From: Bugula neritina
Taxonomy: Eukaryota > Animalia > Bryozoa
Direction: 5' to 3'
Assembly (NCBI GenBank): GCA_964035545.1
Contig: OZ037765.1
Location: 25,171,504-25,235,503 of the forward strand
Length of the DNA: 64,000 nucleotides
Shown piece by piece: positions 23,701-35,784 of this stretch. The notes under the pieces were generated by a model, which ran no database searches, was not told the DNA's origin, and worked only from the letters and a program-made list of their open reading frames with translations. Numbering within the stretch: the stretch's first letter is position 1; each line of letters opens with the position of its first letter. Position numbers and translations under genes: made by a program.

Positions 23701-26700
23701 AGGTATAATATGCTAATACATGTATAAAACAGCATAATATGAATAAATGAGTCAACCTGGTTGAAGTTAGGAATCTCTTCCACCACAAAGTTTCCAGAAG
23801 CATTAGAACACTGAAAGAGTCTAGTTGGGTGTTCACTCTCTTCCAACTGCAGTCTCTTCTCGCTGGCATACGCTTCCTGTCCGCCTATGGCTGTCCAGAA
23901 GTCAGCCTTCTCTTGTCCTTCAAATATCATCTGCGGATCTCTGCAGTATTTTAATCTTTTATTAGACGACTTTTCAGCAAAATATACAACATATTGTCTA
24001 AAATTTAGCAAAAAGCAACAATTGCATATTTACATTCTAATTAATGCTGTTTGTATGTACACTTCCTTATTTAGTTATAATGTGCTGGAAGAAGTAGCAT
24101 AATACTAAAAGTTTATAGAAACTATATATTTTTAGAAGAGCATGCTATAAAAATAAAAAACAAACCCACAACCATATAATACAGTATGCAATTAAATTGC
24201 AGCAAAATTACTGAAGTTGATGTGCATATGAAGGGATTGGAACATAAAAGTCAATGCATGCTAATGATGAGGTTAAACACGGAGTGTCGGATTCAGCATT
24301 TCCTGTCACCACACAGTATAATATTCATAGTAATATGAAGTATCACCACAACCTCTGTAATGAAATTATCAGCTCACCTCAACACACTATCATCGTGACT
24401 GGTGTAAGAAAAACAATAACAATACAGTGACAAAAATTATTATGCGAAAGATTATAGCTGCAATTTCTATAAAATTGGGACAAAAACTTGCACGAGCATA
24501 ATGACGTGAGCCCTCATAGAAGATAACATACACAGTCTATATATAATATTTCTGTATATAGCTGTCTGGCGATTTGGTATGGCTACAAAATTTGCAGCCA
24601 TCAAGTTCCACTACTGACATGTTTTTAAATATTCAACAATATAGTTTAATTGCATGTAAAAAGTATGCAATAAGCTACTTGTAGATAATGTAAAGTGTTA
24701 TGTAACATTTAGCACAAATACACACCACAGTCAGTTACAAAAACTCTTGCATAATGCTTATAGCTCTTGTAAATTTGCAGGTAAGTGTTGTGAAGCTACA
24801 GATAGTCTATTGATAAGAATTTCACACTACTAGTCTTCCTGGTATTTTGAATGATTCTTCTACAGTCAGTCTAGCTGACTACTAGATCCCTGATGCTGCT
24901 GTGCCCGCATGTTGTTTGGTATGTTACTAGTTGACTGAACACCTCGTATAATCATACTAAAGCATGGCTTGTATGCAGAAATAAAACATGAAATACAGTT
25001 GTGGGGCTTTAACCTATAGAGGACTGACTTTCTTGTCAATACAACTGCAGGTATTACATGAACAGCACAAACCTCGGTGAATGCTGAGCTACCAGCTTAG
25101 CCATCTCCCTCTCGTCCCCAGTGGATCCCTTGCCGCACCATATGTACACTTTACTCTTTGTGAACAGCACAAACACGTCGTTGGAGTTGAGAGAGGCAGC
25201 ACGACACGGTACCTGTAGAGACACCACAAGTAGAATATGTTAGAATACTGATACGCTTAGTTCTCCTGTAACTGTCAGCAGTATTTATGTATACTATTTC
25301 TATATGGGAGATGGAGTTGGGAAGTAAAGCTCAACCTAAACAATATCAGCTTAAACTTAATTTAACTTTTAGCTAAATCCAATGAGTTGAAGAAGACATA
25401 AGTGATAGATACTCTAAATTATTTGTCTTGTTCAAAATTAAAACCATATATTGTAGTATATAGATAGAAAAATGCAAATAGCTAAAATTATTAAAAATGC
25501 TAATCTTTCTTGGCCTATAAGCAGCAGCCAAGATTAGAGAGTACGAAGGGGTGAGCAGTACCCCGCACATTTTCTCCAGACAGAGTGTAAGTAGCGATAA
25601 TTGTCTAGTAGACTATGCTCATCTGTTATAGAATGTGCGTTGGTAGAATAAGAAAGCAGATATGAGCTAGCATAGCTAATATTGCACTAGAAAGATGTGT
25701 TAGACCCGACTAGGCCACCAGTAATATCAGGAAGACCATTGAATGATGATTACTACTGTTTCATTGTAAAAATATTTAAGCCATGTTTTCAGCATATCAA
25801 GAAGCACAGTGCAAAGCCTGCCTAAAGCCCTCATATTATCAGTGTTTACACTGGATTGTGAGTCAAACATGAGTGCTGCAAGCTAAGGGTTGTAATGTTT
25901 TTATATCATTGTTCCATTTATTACACCAAACAGCATTTTGCAGTAAAATAGAGCTTTAATAACTAGTAATCATTGCAATAATATATTGCTGAACAGCCAT
26001 TACTGCAACATATTAACCAGTTGTCTATGATTATAAAAATGAAAATGCATAAAAGATGAAACTTGTCATAATGAAATTGCTTTGTAGTTAAATAACATAA
26101 AACCAAGCTATTGAAATAAAAAATTGCTTTCTAGAAATTTTACTTCAACCGGAAATATACATAGTCTAATTCAAGTGTACTCCTTGTAGTATTCTGTGTT
26201 GACAGCTCATGTTATGTAATACAGTATAAATATATTTATAATTAAGAACTATGAATCATTTGTCTGCCATGGCAGCGTGTGTAGATAGATCACACGTACC
26301 TGACATCAAATCTACCTGCTATACCTGCTATCAGCATTCAAACTTCTGCTCTGATCCAATCATAAACAGAAATATGTGTTCTGCATGTATAACACAGGTA
26401 TCGATTTACATACTTTACTGTGCAGACAACATTTCCTCACCTGGACAGCCTTGGTGTTTAGTGCGTTGGCTCCTCGCACCTGAAGCATGTACCTTTCACC
26501 AGGACCCTCGTCATTACTATGTTGAGACTGAGTCCAGCCGGCCTTCCCACCAGAGTATATGATCATCTTGCCTCCGAAGATGGCCATGAAGTGTGGAGGT
26601 TCCTTGCCCTGTACTACACGTACTTGGACAGGTGCACCGCCATACTTATCATCTAACTGTACGGCATGCAATGCAGACGCCCCTTTTTCATCAGCTGTAG

Positions 26701-29700
26701 CTTTAGAACCCTAAAAATGAACTACCATTTGTAACTAGTGAGTAACTGTAAAAAAGCGAATGTTAGATAACCCACGATGGCAAGGAAATGAATACATTAA
26801 TTAATTATTAATGCAATGGGAATTCACAGTAATATCATAACATCAATACTATTCCAAGTATCACTCACAGTATCACTACTGGTCACAGTATGACTACTAC
26901 TCCCAGTATCATTACTGGTCACAGTATCACCACTGGTCACAGTACCACTACTAGTCACAGTATCACTACTGGTCACAGTACCACTACTAGTCACAGTATC
27001 ACCACTGGTCACAGTACCACTACTAGTCACAGTATCACCACTGGTCACAGTACCACTACTAGTCACAGTATCACCACTGGTCACAGTACCACTACTAGTC
27101 ACAGTATCACCACTGGTCACAGTACCACTACTAGTCACAGTATCACCACTGGTCACAGTACCACTACTAGTCACAGTATCACCACTGGTCACAGTACCAC
27201 TACTAGTCACAGTATCACTACAGTATACAGCAAGCCGTCAGTGCAGTAGACTGAAGGTGACCAACCTGCCAGTAGTAGATTATGTATCTCTCCTTGTTAT
27301 TGAGCAGGTACGTGTACAACACGATATAACAGTCACCACCAAAGAACTGGCCAATCTGGTTTCTCTCCACAGGCACCATGTCAAAGTCTATAATTCTCCA
27401 CACCTACAAATAAACTCAAGGCTGTCACAACAACTAATTAGGAGTTGTCTTTCAAACCGAATTGTAGTCAACTGTAATTGAATCGGAAGTTTGAATGGCT
27501 ACCGTTACTATTGAAGCCAGTAGGTGGCAATGACTTGATTTAGATTGCATGAAATATTATAAATTTGAATTATCTGTCAATAGCCAAGATACTTACAACA
27601 TAAACTATTATGTAGTATAATGTAGTTAACAGAAGAAAGCATAAAATTTAACCGAAAACATTTGCAACACATGTTTCTTATAAATGTAAACTTATGCAAT
27701 GCTTCTATGCATTGAAAATGCAATTTCATGCATAGCTGGTTTGATATAAAACTATTGTTAGTTTATTGAGGCAAAATTGTTTCTGAAAGTTAGCCTTGCC
27801 TTTTGCCCAACAAAACTACTTATATATATGGACAGATATATATTCACACACCTGGGTAGTACCAGAGCCATCATCAACCATCTGGGTTTCTGCTGCAAGA
27901 GCCTGATTGCCATGCAAAGTTGAAGCATCAAACTTAGTCTGTACTGTCTTGGCTAGAGAAATATTGACATGTAATGTTACTATGTCACTTACTGCTGAAT
28001 ATTCCTCAGACACAACAAATTGACATCAAGTTGTATCAAAAAACATTATATATTATATAATATATATTATATAACATTTATACATATATTAACATTGTAT
28101 ATATTATAACATAGCCTAATATATAAGATATACTGTTAATAACAGTCATTGGAATGCATAGCTTGTGCTATGAGTAAGAGAAATTATACAAACAACTCGA
28201 AAATATTTGCTACCTTAGTCAACAAAGCTAATCAAGACTTGCCTATTTTACCACCAGCAACGTATGCTTTGCCTGAGGCCTGTGGTACTGGCCATGACTT
28301 GAACAGATTCTTGAACTCAGTGGGTTCTCCGCCATCAGCTACCTTTGTGACTCGAGTCTTGTTAGAGTAGCCTTTCTTCTTACAGAAACCCTGACATGAA
28401 GTAAGTACGCATGCATACACTGTATACAGTACACATGTATATACAAGTATACACAAGTATACACAAGTATACACAAGTACACATGTATACACAAGTATAC
28501 ACAAGTACATATGTATACACAAGTAAACATGTATGGTAAAAGAAGCATAATCTATGATAACTATAGCATTGTAAGAAATTCTAAAAAAATTTTGGTCATC
28601 ACAAATCTTAAATTTACAATAAAAGTCACTTCAAAACAAAGCTGCAAATTAAATTTGTTGTAAAATTAATAAAGATGCTGTATAGTTTGCAGAAAACAAA
28701 ATATGATAATTTTCTGAACTATTAGTACTTACATTATTAGATAAAAAAAGCAAAAAAAGTAATTGACTATATTTGACTTGGTTTCTTATGCTCGAATAGT
28801 TGAGCACTTACGACGGCATTTCTCATAGCCTCACTCCTTTCCTGCTTACTAGCTCGCTTGCCATTCCAAACCCACACCCCTGCTTCTCCATTATCAATAA
28901 TGTAGGAATCCTAAAATATTTGTAAAGAGGAAATCTAGTCAAGTCAAAGTCATATAAATATAAAGCAGTGCAATTATATAGTTTAATTAAAGCTACAGTC
29001 ACAACATTGGTGACCCTGGCTTAAAGCTGCATTCACACCTCTCAACAAATACTTAAAAACTCAGAATTAGATTAAATGCAGCTTAACAATTTCAATGAAA
29101 AAGCAAAGATACAAATATGTATTGCTGTGTTAAGGTCGAAGCTATGAAAGTATCAAATTGAATATTTTTAAAATTCTCAATAGCAGAATGTGTTTATATT
29201 CTATTAGATTAAAAGATTTAAATTTGTTTACTAAAAATTTCATTCAGATTATTGCCATGAGTGAACAGTAATACATAGATTGATAATCTGGGGAAACGCA
29301 AACGACCTTTATTTCAACAAAACTGTGTTTATTAAAAATAATGAACAACTACTACAGCAATATGTAAACATGAACATTTTGCTTCAAGTTGCCAACAAAA
29401 CACGGCACCTAGAAATATTCTGTCATTATACGTTCACTTTAATGACTGTTATGAAGTGAAAATAAAGAAAATTCAGTGCAAAGTGAGCTATTTTAATCAT
29501 CATCCAAGCGTTCAACCCCTATAAAGTTTATAGCATATTCATGATAAAAAACGTGTAAAATGTACTTTTGTATGTTAGCTAGCCAAATTATGTCAAACAT
29601 TGTGCATCACACACATAACCATCACAATGCTAGTAGTTGAGGTTGTGTGTGGCAACTAGCAAATTACTCACCCAAATAATAATTACATAGAAGAGAACAA

Positions 29701-32700
29701 AGTATAAAATTCTAATGATTCTAAGCATGCATGGCGTTGTTTAGCTCTTGTTCAAAATATATAGGTACTGCTATTATGTTCAACTGAAGAGAAAGTAAGA
29801 TGGTTATATAAAAATATTTTAAACTACACATTACCTCCTGATTTTGTAAAAAATACCATGTTAAAACACCAAAATAAGCATAAATAAAACGCATTGTAAA
29901 TTAACTGTATTGTATGTAAATCAATGTAAATTGATGGTAAATATACATAATCATGTTTCTTCAATTATAAATAAATTCATACACAAGTACACATAATAAA
30001 CACTTGATACAAACTATGAAAGTAGTGCATTTCAAGTTATCCAAGTTGATCAGTTAAAATTGATATAATAATACAATTGCTATTACCCTGCTACATATGC
30101 ACTATTTAACTAGCCTGTTTCACACTAAATAGCAATTTAAACTTTTTTCAATCTTTGAAATTTGGGTTTAAAAGTAAAGTTTAGTAAATAAGTTGTCCAT
30201 GTTGTCAGCTTAACACATACAATATGGAGTTTCTTTTAGTGAAAGTCGTATATAAAAAGCCTGAACCAACCTCCGAGCTGAGGTCAGATTTCTTAAGTGG
30301 ACCTGCTTTTATTTCCTCTATCTTCAAAGTACCTCCCTCATCAGATACAAGAAACAACTTGATTTCAGCAGATTTCATCCGTTCAACCTTCTCATCAGCT
30401 CCGCCTTCTGCTGCAGATTTCACTCTTCTCTCACTGACTCTGAGATGTTTATTCCACACCTGTTAATTTTAGTACAAATGATTTATTTGGATAATTTTAT
30501 TTTCAAAATGCAAATTCATTTCTTTTATTAAATGTCAAGAGTGTTTTATATTAAGTACCCCATTTTCATATTAGCATATTAAACAAGGTGAATAGTTTCT
30601 TTATTTATAAAGGCTTATTGGTTAGTTATAATTGAGTTTTTATATACAAACATTTAGCTCAGCTTCCAATAATTTGTTTTCTTCTCCACTATCAACTGTA
30701 ATGATGTCACCACCGCCTCGTTCATCTCTAAGATTCCGAGCTAACTCCATTCCCTGGAATATGATCAATTGCTATAATATTTAGATATACATAATCATGG
30801 TGGTCATTACTATAAAGTGCAAAATGTCTTAATCAGCAAATCCTATCTGTATTGCACAACTGTTCTTTTGAAGAATCATACGAGTGGAATGCGCTGGCAA
30901 TGTCACAAAGCATATTTTTTTGCATAAAAAATCTTCAGCTTTTCAAACGTTTTTAGAGCTTTTGACTAAATAAAGATTGGCGCAGTATTTGATGTAGGAT
31001 TACCAATCCCAATAGTAAGCTAACATAAGGAGTACCACTATGGAGCAGATGCTGTCATATAAGTTCAAGAGGTTTACAACCTTCATAGTCAAGTATACTA
31101 GCATACCAGGAAAATTCCAACAGCCAGTACAAAGTATAATCTTGACAGCTTTCCAGAAGGCATTAAAGAAAAAAGGCAACATGCTTCTCATTACTTTACA
31201 GTTTAAAATGTTGTATTTCAGTTGATAGTTTACCGAAGGCAACTTAAAACATCAATTATAGTTATTTTATGTAGGAATGGTTCGTTATACAACACTAACA
31301 ACAGCATATATTCAGGTATAACATACTTTTAATACGTTTTTATAATTTACAAAATATTCAGAAAGTGAAAAATTTATAGCTGTATGAGATTAATTTGTTT
31401 TTACTCTTTAAATGTGTTGTGTATATATACGTAATACTTTTATGAAATTTACTATAAACATTAAAATAAAAAATCTAATATGTAAGGTAATAAAATCACC
31501 ATACTATAAAAGGCTAAAAGACAGGGAGCAGCCGTGGTCTATGGGTTAAAGTGTTTGGCTTAGTAAGTCATGGGTTCGGACCCCAGTAAAGGTTATTGGT
31601 GATTCTAGGAAAAGCATCCAGTCATAATTGCTACTGTGCCCCATCTGAATAAGTTCTTAGCCCACTTTAAAAAAACCTTCTATCAGGGGTTTCTCACGAG
31701 GATAGTGACTATAAACTTGCATGAGCTTTTTTTGAAGGCAAACAAACAGTTGATGAATGAAACTCACGCACCTTCCTACGTTCAGTGCGACTCGACTCTT
31801 TGCCCATCCACACAAACTGAACTTTGCCAAGGTCAAGGATGAAAACATCGCCATCATTAAAAGAGCTCCACGATTTCTCAACTTCTTCACACCTGACTTG
31901 GTGGCGTCCCTTGATGTGTAGCAGCCTCATAGTTACCACTTGCTCGACGTGGTTGAACCCTGAGGCTACACCACCCGTCATGTACCTACAGGCACTTCAC
32001 ATGTCACAACATAGAACTGATGTTGCTATATCGTTCATAGCTTTACTTCTATTTTGGGCTAAACATACTCTGTGGACAAGAGCAATTCACGGTAAGTCAA
32101 AGAGATTGCTCGTCAAACAGTAATATTGGAAGCAACAACTTACATTTGACATAATGTATATCTTGACTGCATGAGGTAGGTGCAGTAATGGAGAAATTGA
32201 GAAAAGCCTGTGTTCTAGATTAAAAATGTAGTCAAAAGAAGTTATGTTCTCACAAGCATTTTAACCCTCACCCCAAGCCAAAATCTATAAAGAAATTTGA
32301 AGAATTTAGGCTATCTCAATTTCTCCACTACTAGCTGCTCCTAAATGGCCTGCATGAGCTGTAACACACTAGTTGACTTAATGCATCATGTATTTTACAC
32401 ATCTGCGTTACAACCCTTTGCACATACACAATAAATATAACATTCAAAGTTATTTAATGTTCACTCACTTAATTCCTCCTTTAGACTTGAAATACTCCAT
32501 GAAACGAGCTGACTCATAATCTTGGACTTCTCTGTGTTGAACAGGGGCACCCCCCAAATAGTCATCAAGTTCCACAGACTTATAGGCAGCCACTCCTTCT
32601 TCATCCTTTATACAGACAATTAAGTAGCTCAGTATAACTAGCATAAGATAGATACATGGCTATAGAACACATCTTGATTTTGCTTAAACTACAAAGTAAT

Positions 32701-35700
32701 ATATATAAGATAAATAACCTGCGAGCTTTCTTTGCCAAGCCAGAAGTGGATGTGCATATCTAAACTACTTCTCGCATCTTGCACCTGTAAATTATATAGG
32801 ATGTCCGTAGACACATTCTAGCTGTCATAGAAACATGTAGGTAACTTACAGTAGTACAGAGTGAATACAAATTCTCTCAAATCATCTTACAATGAAACAT
32901 GAAAACACCTTTTCATCATTTACCCAAAAATCATAATAGCCACACATATCAAATCACTAGTCCTATTATGTTGAAAATTACTGGTATACTTTTTGTATTG
33001 CCACAAGTTTATTCTACAAAATCAATCATGCTGAGCACAATTTCATCAACATGAAAGGTGGCCATTTTTAATAGTAGTAGTAGTAGCAGTGGTGGTGCAC
33101 TATTGACCATTGGCTGGGTGTAACTGTGTCTGTTGCTAAATTAAAAGGGGATTCCTAATTAGTCAGTCTGAAACAGTCCAAAAGTTGTAATGACACAATT
33201 TATACAGCACATTAGTTATGCAAACAAATGTTGAACAAAAGTGGCGGGTTTGACCCAATGCCTGACAAGGCAATCAACTCAAATTCTGCCAAGATCTTTC
33301 TTAGCGTGACTAATCATGGAATTGCTTGAGAAAAGAGAAACTTTTCGGCCACCAGTATAATATTTACATGTCTGCTATATACTGCAGTGCAAGGGTATTT
33401 CTACTTGTTTCATTGTGTAATCAAATCTTATAGAGCTTGCTACAACACCAACATCGGTTTATCCAATAGGGTTGCATCATCCGATTTTCTTATGCCGCAG
33501 CTATATTGGCAAAATTTTGCATCGCCTTCGTTTTGATTTTGCTAAAGGTGTTTTGGTCCTTGATGAAACGTTCACAACTGACAAAATCTCATTACTACAG
33601 CCTACACTGGTAGATCAAATAATTTTACATAGTTTCATATTTCTGCTAAAGAACTGGTTGTTAGGTGTTGTTTAGAATACTTAGGACTCACTAAGAATCA
33701 GCTACTACCCAAAATTCTATTCTCTACATAAGTTTAGTAATAGCAACATGCTGTTCCTGCATTTAAGATTATAAAATAAGCTAGTTATTCCAACATTATT
33801 AATGACATTAAATAACTTTGATAATGCCGGTTTTAGTTCTTGAAATACTGTGTGACCCGTTGTTAGATAAATAGCAGTAATCACGGAAATTAGCCTACGT
33901 TACAATAACTCTACACATGTATGCAAACTGAAATAGTTTTATACTAATATGAGAGGTCGATATATGTTTAGCAGACACTTATAAAAGGATTGCAATAGGC
34001 TTTGAGACATAATATTGTACAGTCTATACCTATAGTCTACACATTTTTGCTGTAGCTATGATATCAATTTAGATTATAATGCAGTGAGGCAGTCCTGATA
34101 AGAGACAAAGAGCATATTACCAGCTAGAATGATATTGCATACACCTGAGTATAACATTATTGTAAGTAGATGTAGAAGTAAGACTAACAGCTGCATCCTT
34201 CAATCAGATAAAAAAATGTTGTTTTATATTCTATATTATGAAATTGGATTTGTTCTATTATTTTAACCCAACTATGAAAAGGCTTTTTTTCATAGGACAA
34301 GTATTGCATAAAAAGTACTACCAGGTTATAACTATACTGCGTGTATATCAAAGTATAACCAGTTTGTTTGCTTAGGCTTTTATTTTCCTAATCATAAGAA
34401 GGCGAAAGCAAACAAGAGTTAAGTGACAACTGCATAACTGGATCAGATATTTAGATAATGGGGCACATGCATACACTGTAACTGAAAGAAGCCAACACCC
34501 AGATATGACAAGCTTACCCTAGGGCTTCAATGCATCTTCTTAGTTGACAATAGCATGCAGAGTGATGAGCCCAGTGAAATACACAGTGGAATACTTGCAC
34601 ATTCAATTACATATATAATGCACACTGTACATGTAAATTTATATCATAGATATTATATATACATATTATGAATAAATCTACACAACTGAATATACACAGA
34701 GGTACACAGCTGAAACAAGTTTGGCATTAGACAAAATTATTCTCAAACATGAAAAGGATTTTGCAGAAAAGATCTTGCTTTTTCAATAAATTAAGTAATA
34801 TTATGTTAAACAAATTCTTCAATTTTAATTCTTAAACCCATCTATAATGTAATCTATTGTTAGAGATGAATTAAAAACCTCTAATATAAATCAGCTTTCC
34901 AACAAGTAACTCAAGTTACAACTAAGTTACTAGTTACTAACTACACAAAGCATTTATTTAATTCTTTTATACGAACATATCACAAGGTGCTGAGATTATT
35001 TGTCAGGAGAAAAGATTTTAACCCTTATGATACTCACTCATCTATTGTCAACATGTAGGCTATGTACTCTATACTGCATGTTGTCTAACAATAGACAACT
35101 ACTATCAACATAACCAACTTACATGCATAGGAGTAAATATATGGGAAAAGGGAAGTAAACATAAAGTGTCAAGTAACATTTTCAGCTACCCGATTCAATG
35201 TGTAAAATGCAGGTCAACTACCCACCAGTGAAATAAAAAGACATTAACATTAATTTCCAAAACAGTGGTTTAATAATTCTTAGCAAAATTATCCAGCATC
35301 CCAAGTAAAAATATAGAAGTGCAAAGAAATGTATTTAGTGCAAAAAACTTACAGAAAGAAGAATATATGAGTCCCCTGAATAGAATGAACTGTATTGCTC
35401 TTTGGGCACAGGAACAACTTTGAGTTTCTGTAGCAATTGAAAGATAAAGATAATTTAATAACTTGCAAGTTATTTTAATAAACATTTGATTGTCATTCTC
35501 CAGATGAACAAGTTGCAAGCAATTACTGTCAGCTGATTTCATTTACAGGCTAACAGCAAGTAAAAAGAAAACTTCATGCATTTTAATTATCTTTGCTTGT
35601 GAAATGAGCAAACAATTATTTAATTAAGAATGTTTTTTAAACAAGCCTAAAATGCATCAAATAAATTAGATATAACTTAGAAATTCTGAAAATCAAGTGG

Positions 35701-35784
35701 CAACTTTACTTCAATTCTCCATATGATGAAGCAGGGCTTTCCTTTAGGAATAGCCTTCCAAGCAGGATCTGCATCAACTCCCAT
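20769..35784 (-). CDS. AVIL: Villin/advillin family actin-binding protein (six gelsolin repeats + headpiece), 18 coding exons, 824 aa
   Basis: Exons 5'->3': 35784-35710, 35427-35353, 32784-32719, 32605-32469, 31985-31772, 30753-30652, 30459-30271, 28910-28812, 28390-28243, 27952-27852, 27403-27266, 26710-26441, 25212-25073, 23940-23757, 23275-23162, 22916-22794, 21156-20971, 20882-20769 (2475 nt). Motifs [98 protein letters not shown] and headpiece [15 protein letters not shown]. Co-orthologous to VIL1/AVIL/VILL, so the symbol is only the nearest label. Confidence 0.95.
22307..22378. repeat. (TGCATGTA)9 tandem repeat
   Basis: Directly visible; villin intron. Confidence 0.95.
23362..23575 (+). 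mobile_element. tRNA-derived SINE, copy 1
   Basis: A-box tggtctaatgg, degenerate B-box gggttgagtcc, body ttggtgat..gaagagcatc, tail ggttctcccagggat..cataaac; similar to 31524-31716 and to 62280-62440 (-). Confidence 0.7.
26865..27225. repeat. 36-bp (2 x 18) minisatellite, ~10 copies
   Basis: Alternating gtcacagtatcaccactg / gtcacagtaccactacta; explains ORFs 26824-27210 and 26890-27249. Confidence 0.97.
28415..28535. repeat. 10-bp tandem repeat (tacacaagta)n
   Basis: Directly visible, next to a villin acceptor. Confidence 0.9.
31524..31716 (+). mobile_element. tRNA-derived SINE, copy 2
   Basis: gggagcagccgtggtctatgggttaaag (A-box), gtcatgggttcggaccc (B-box), ttggtgattctaggaaaagcatccagtc, tail ggtttctcacgaggat..tataaac; colinear with copy 1. 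Confidence 0.7.
32173..32348 (+). mobile_element. ~175 bp MITE-like element, family B copy 1
   Basis: Inverted repeats agtaatggagaaattgagaaaagcc / ggctatctcaatttctccactact; near-identical 5' half at 61011-61182. Confidence 0.8.

Noticed and set aside
26824-27249. Mucin/antifreeze-like ORFs (TVTSSG / TTGHS repeats) on both strands
   Set aside because: Translation of a 36-bp intronic minisatellite; flanking villin exons join in phase without it.
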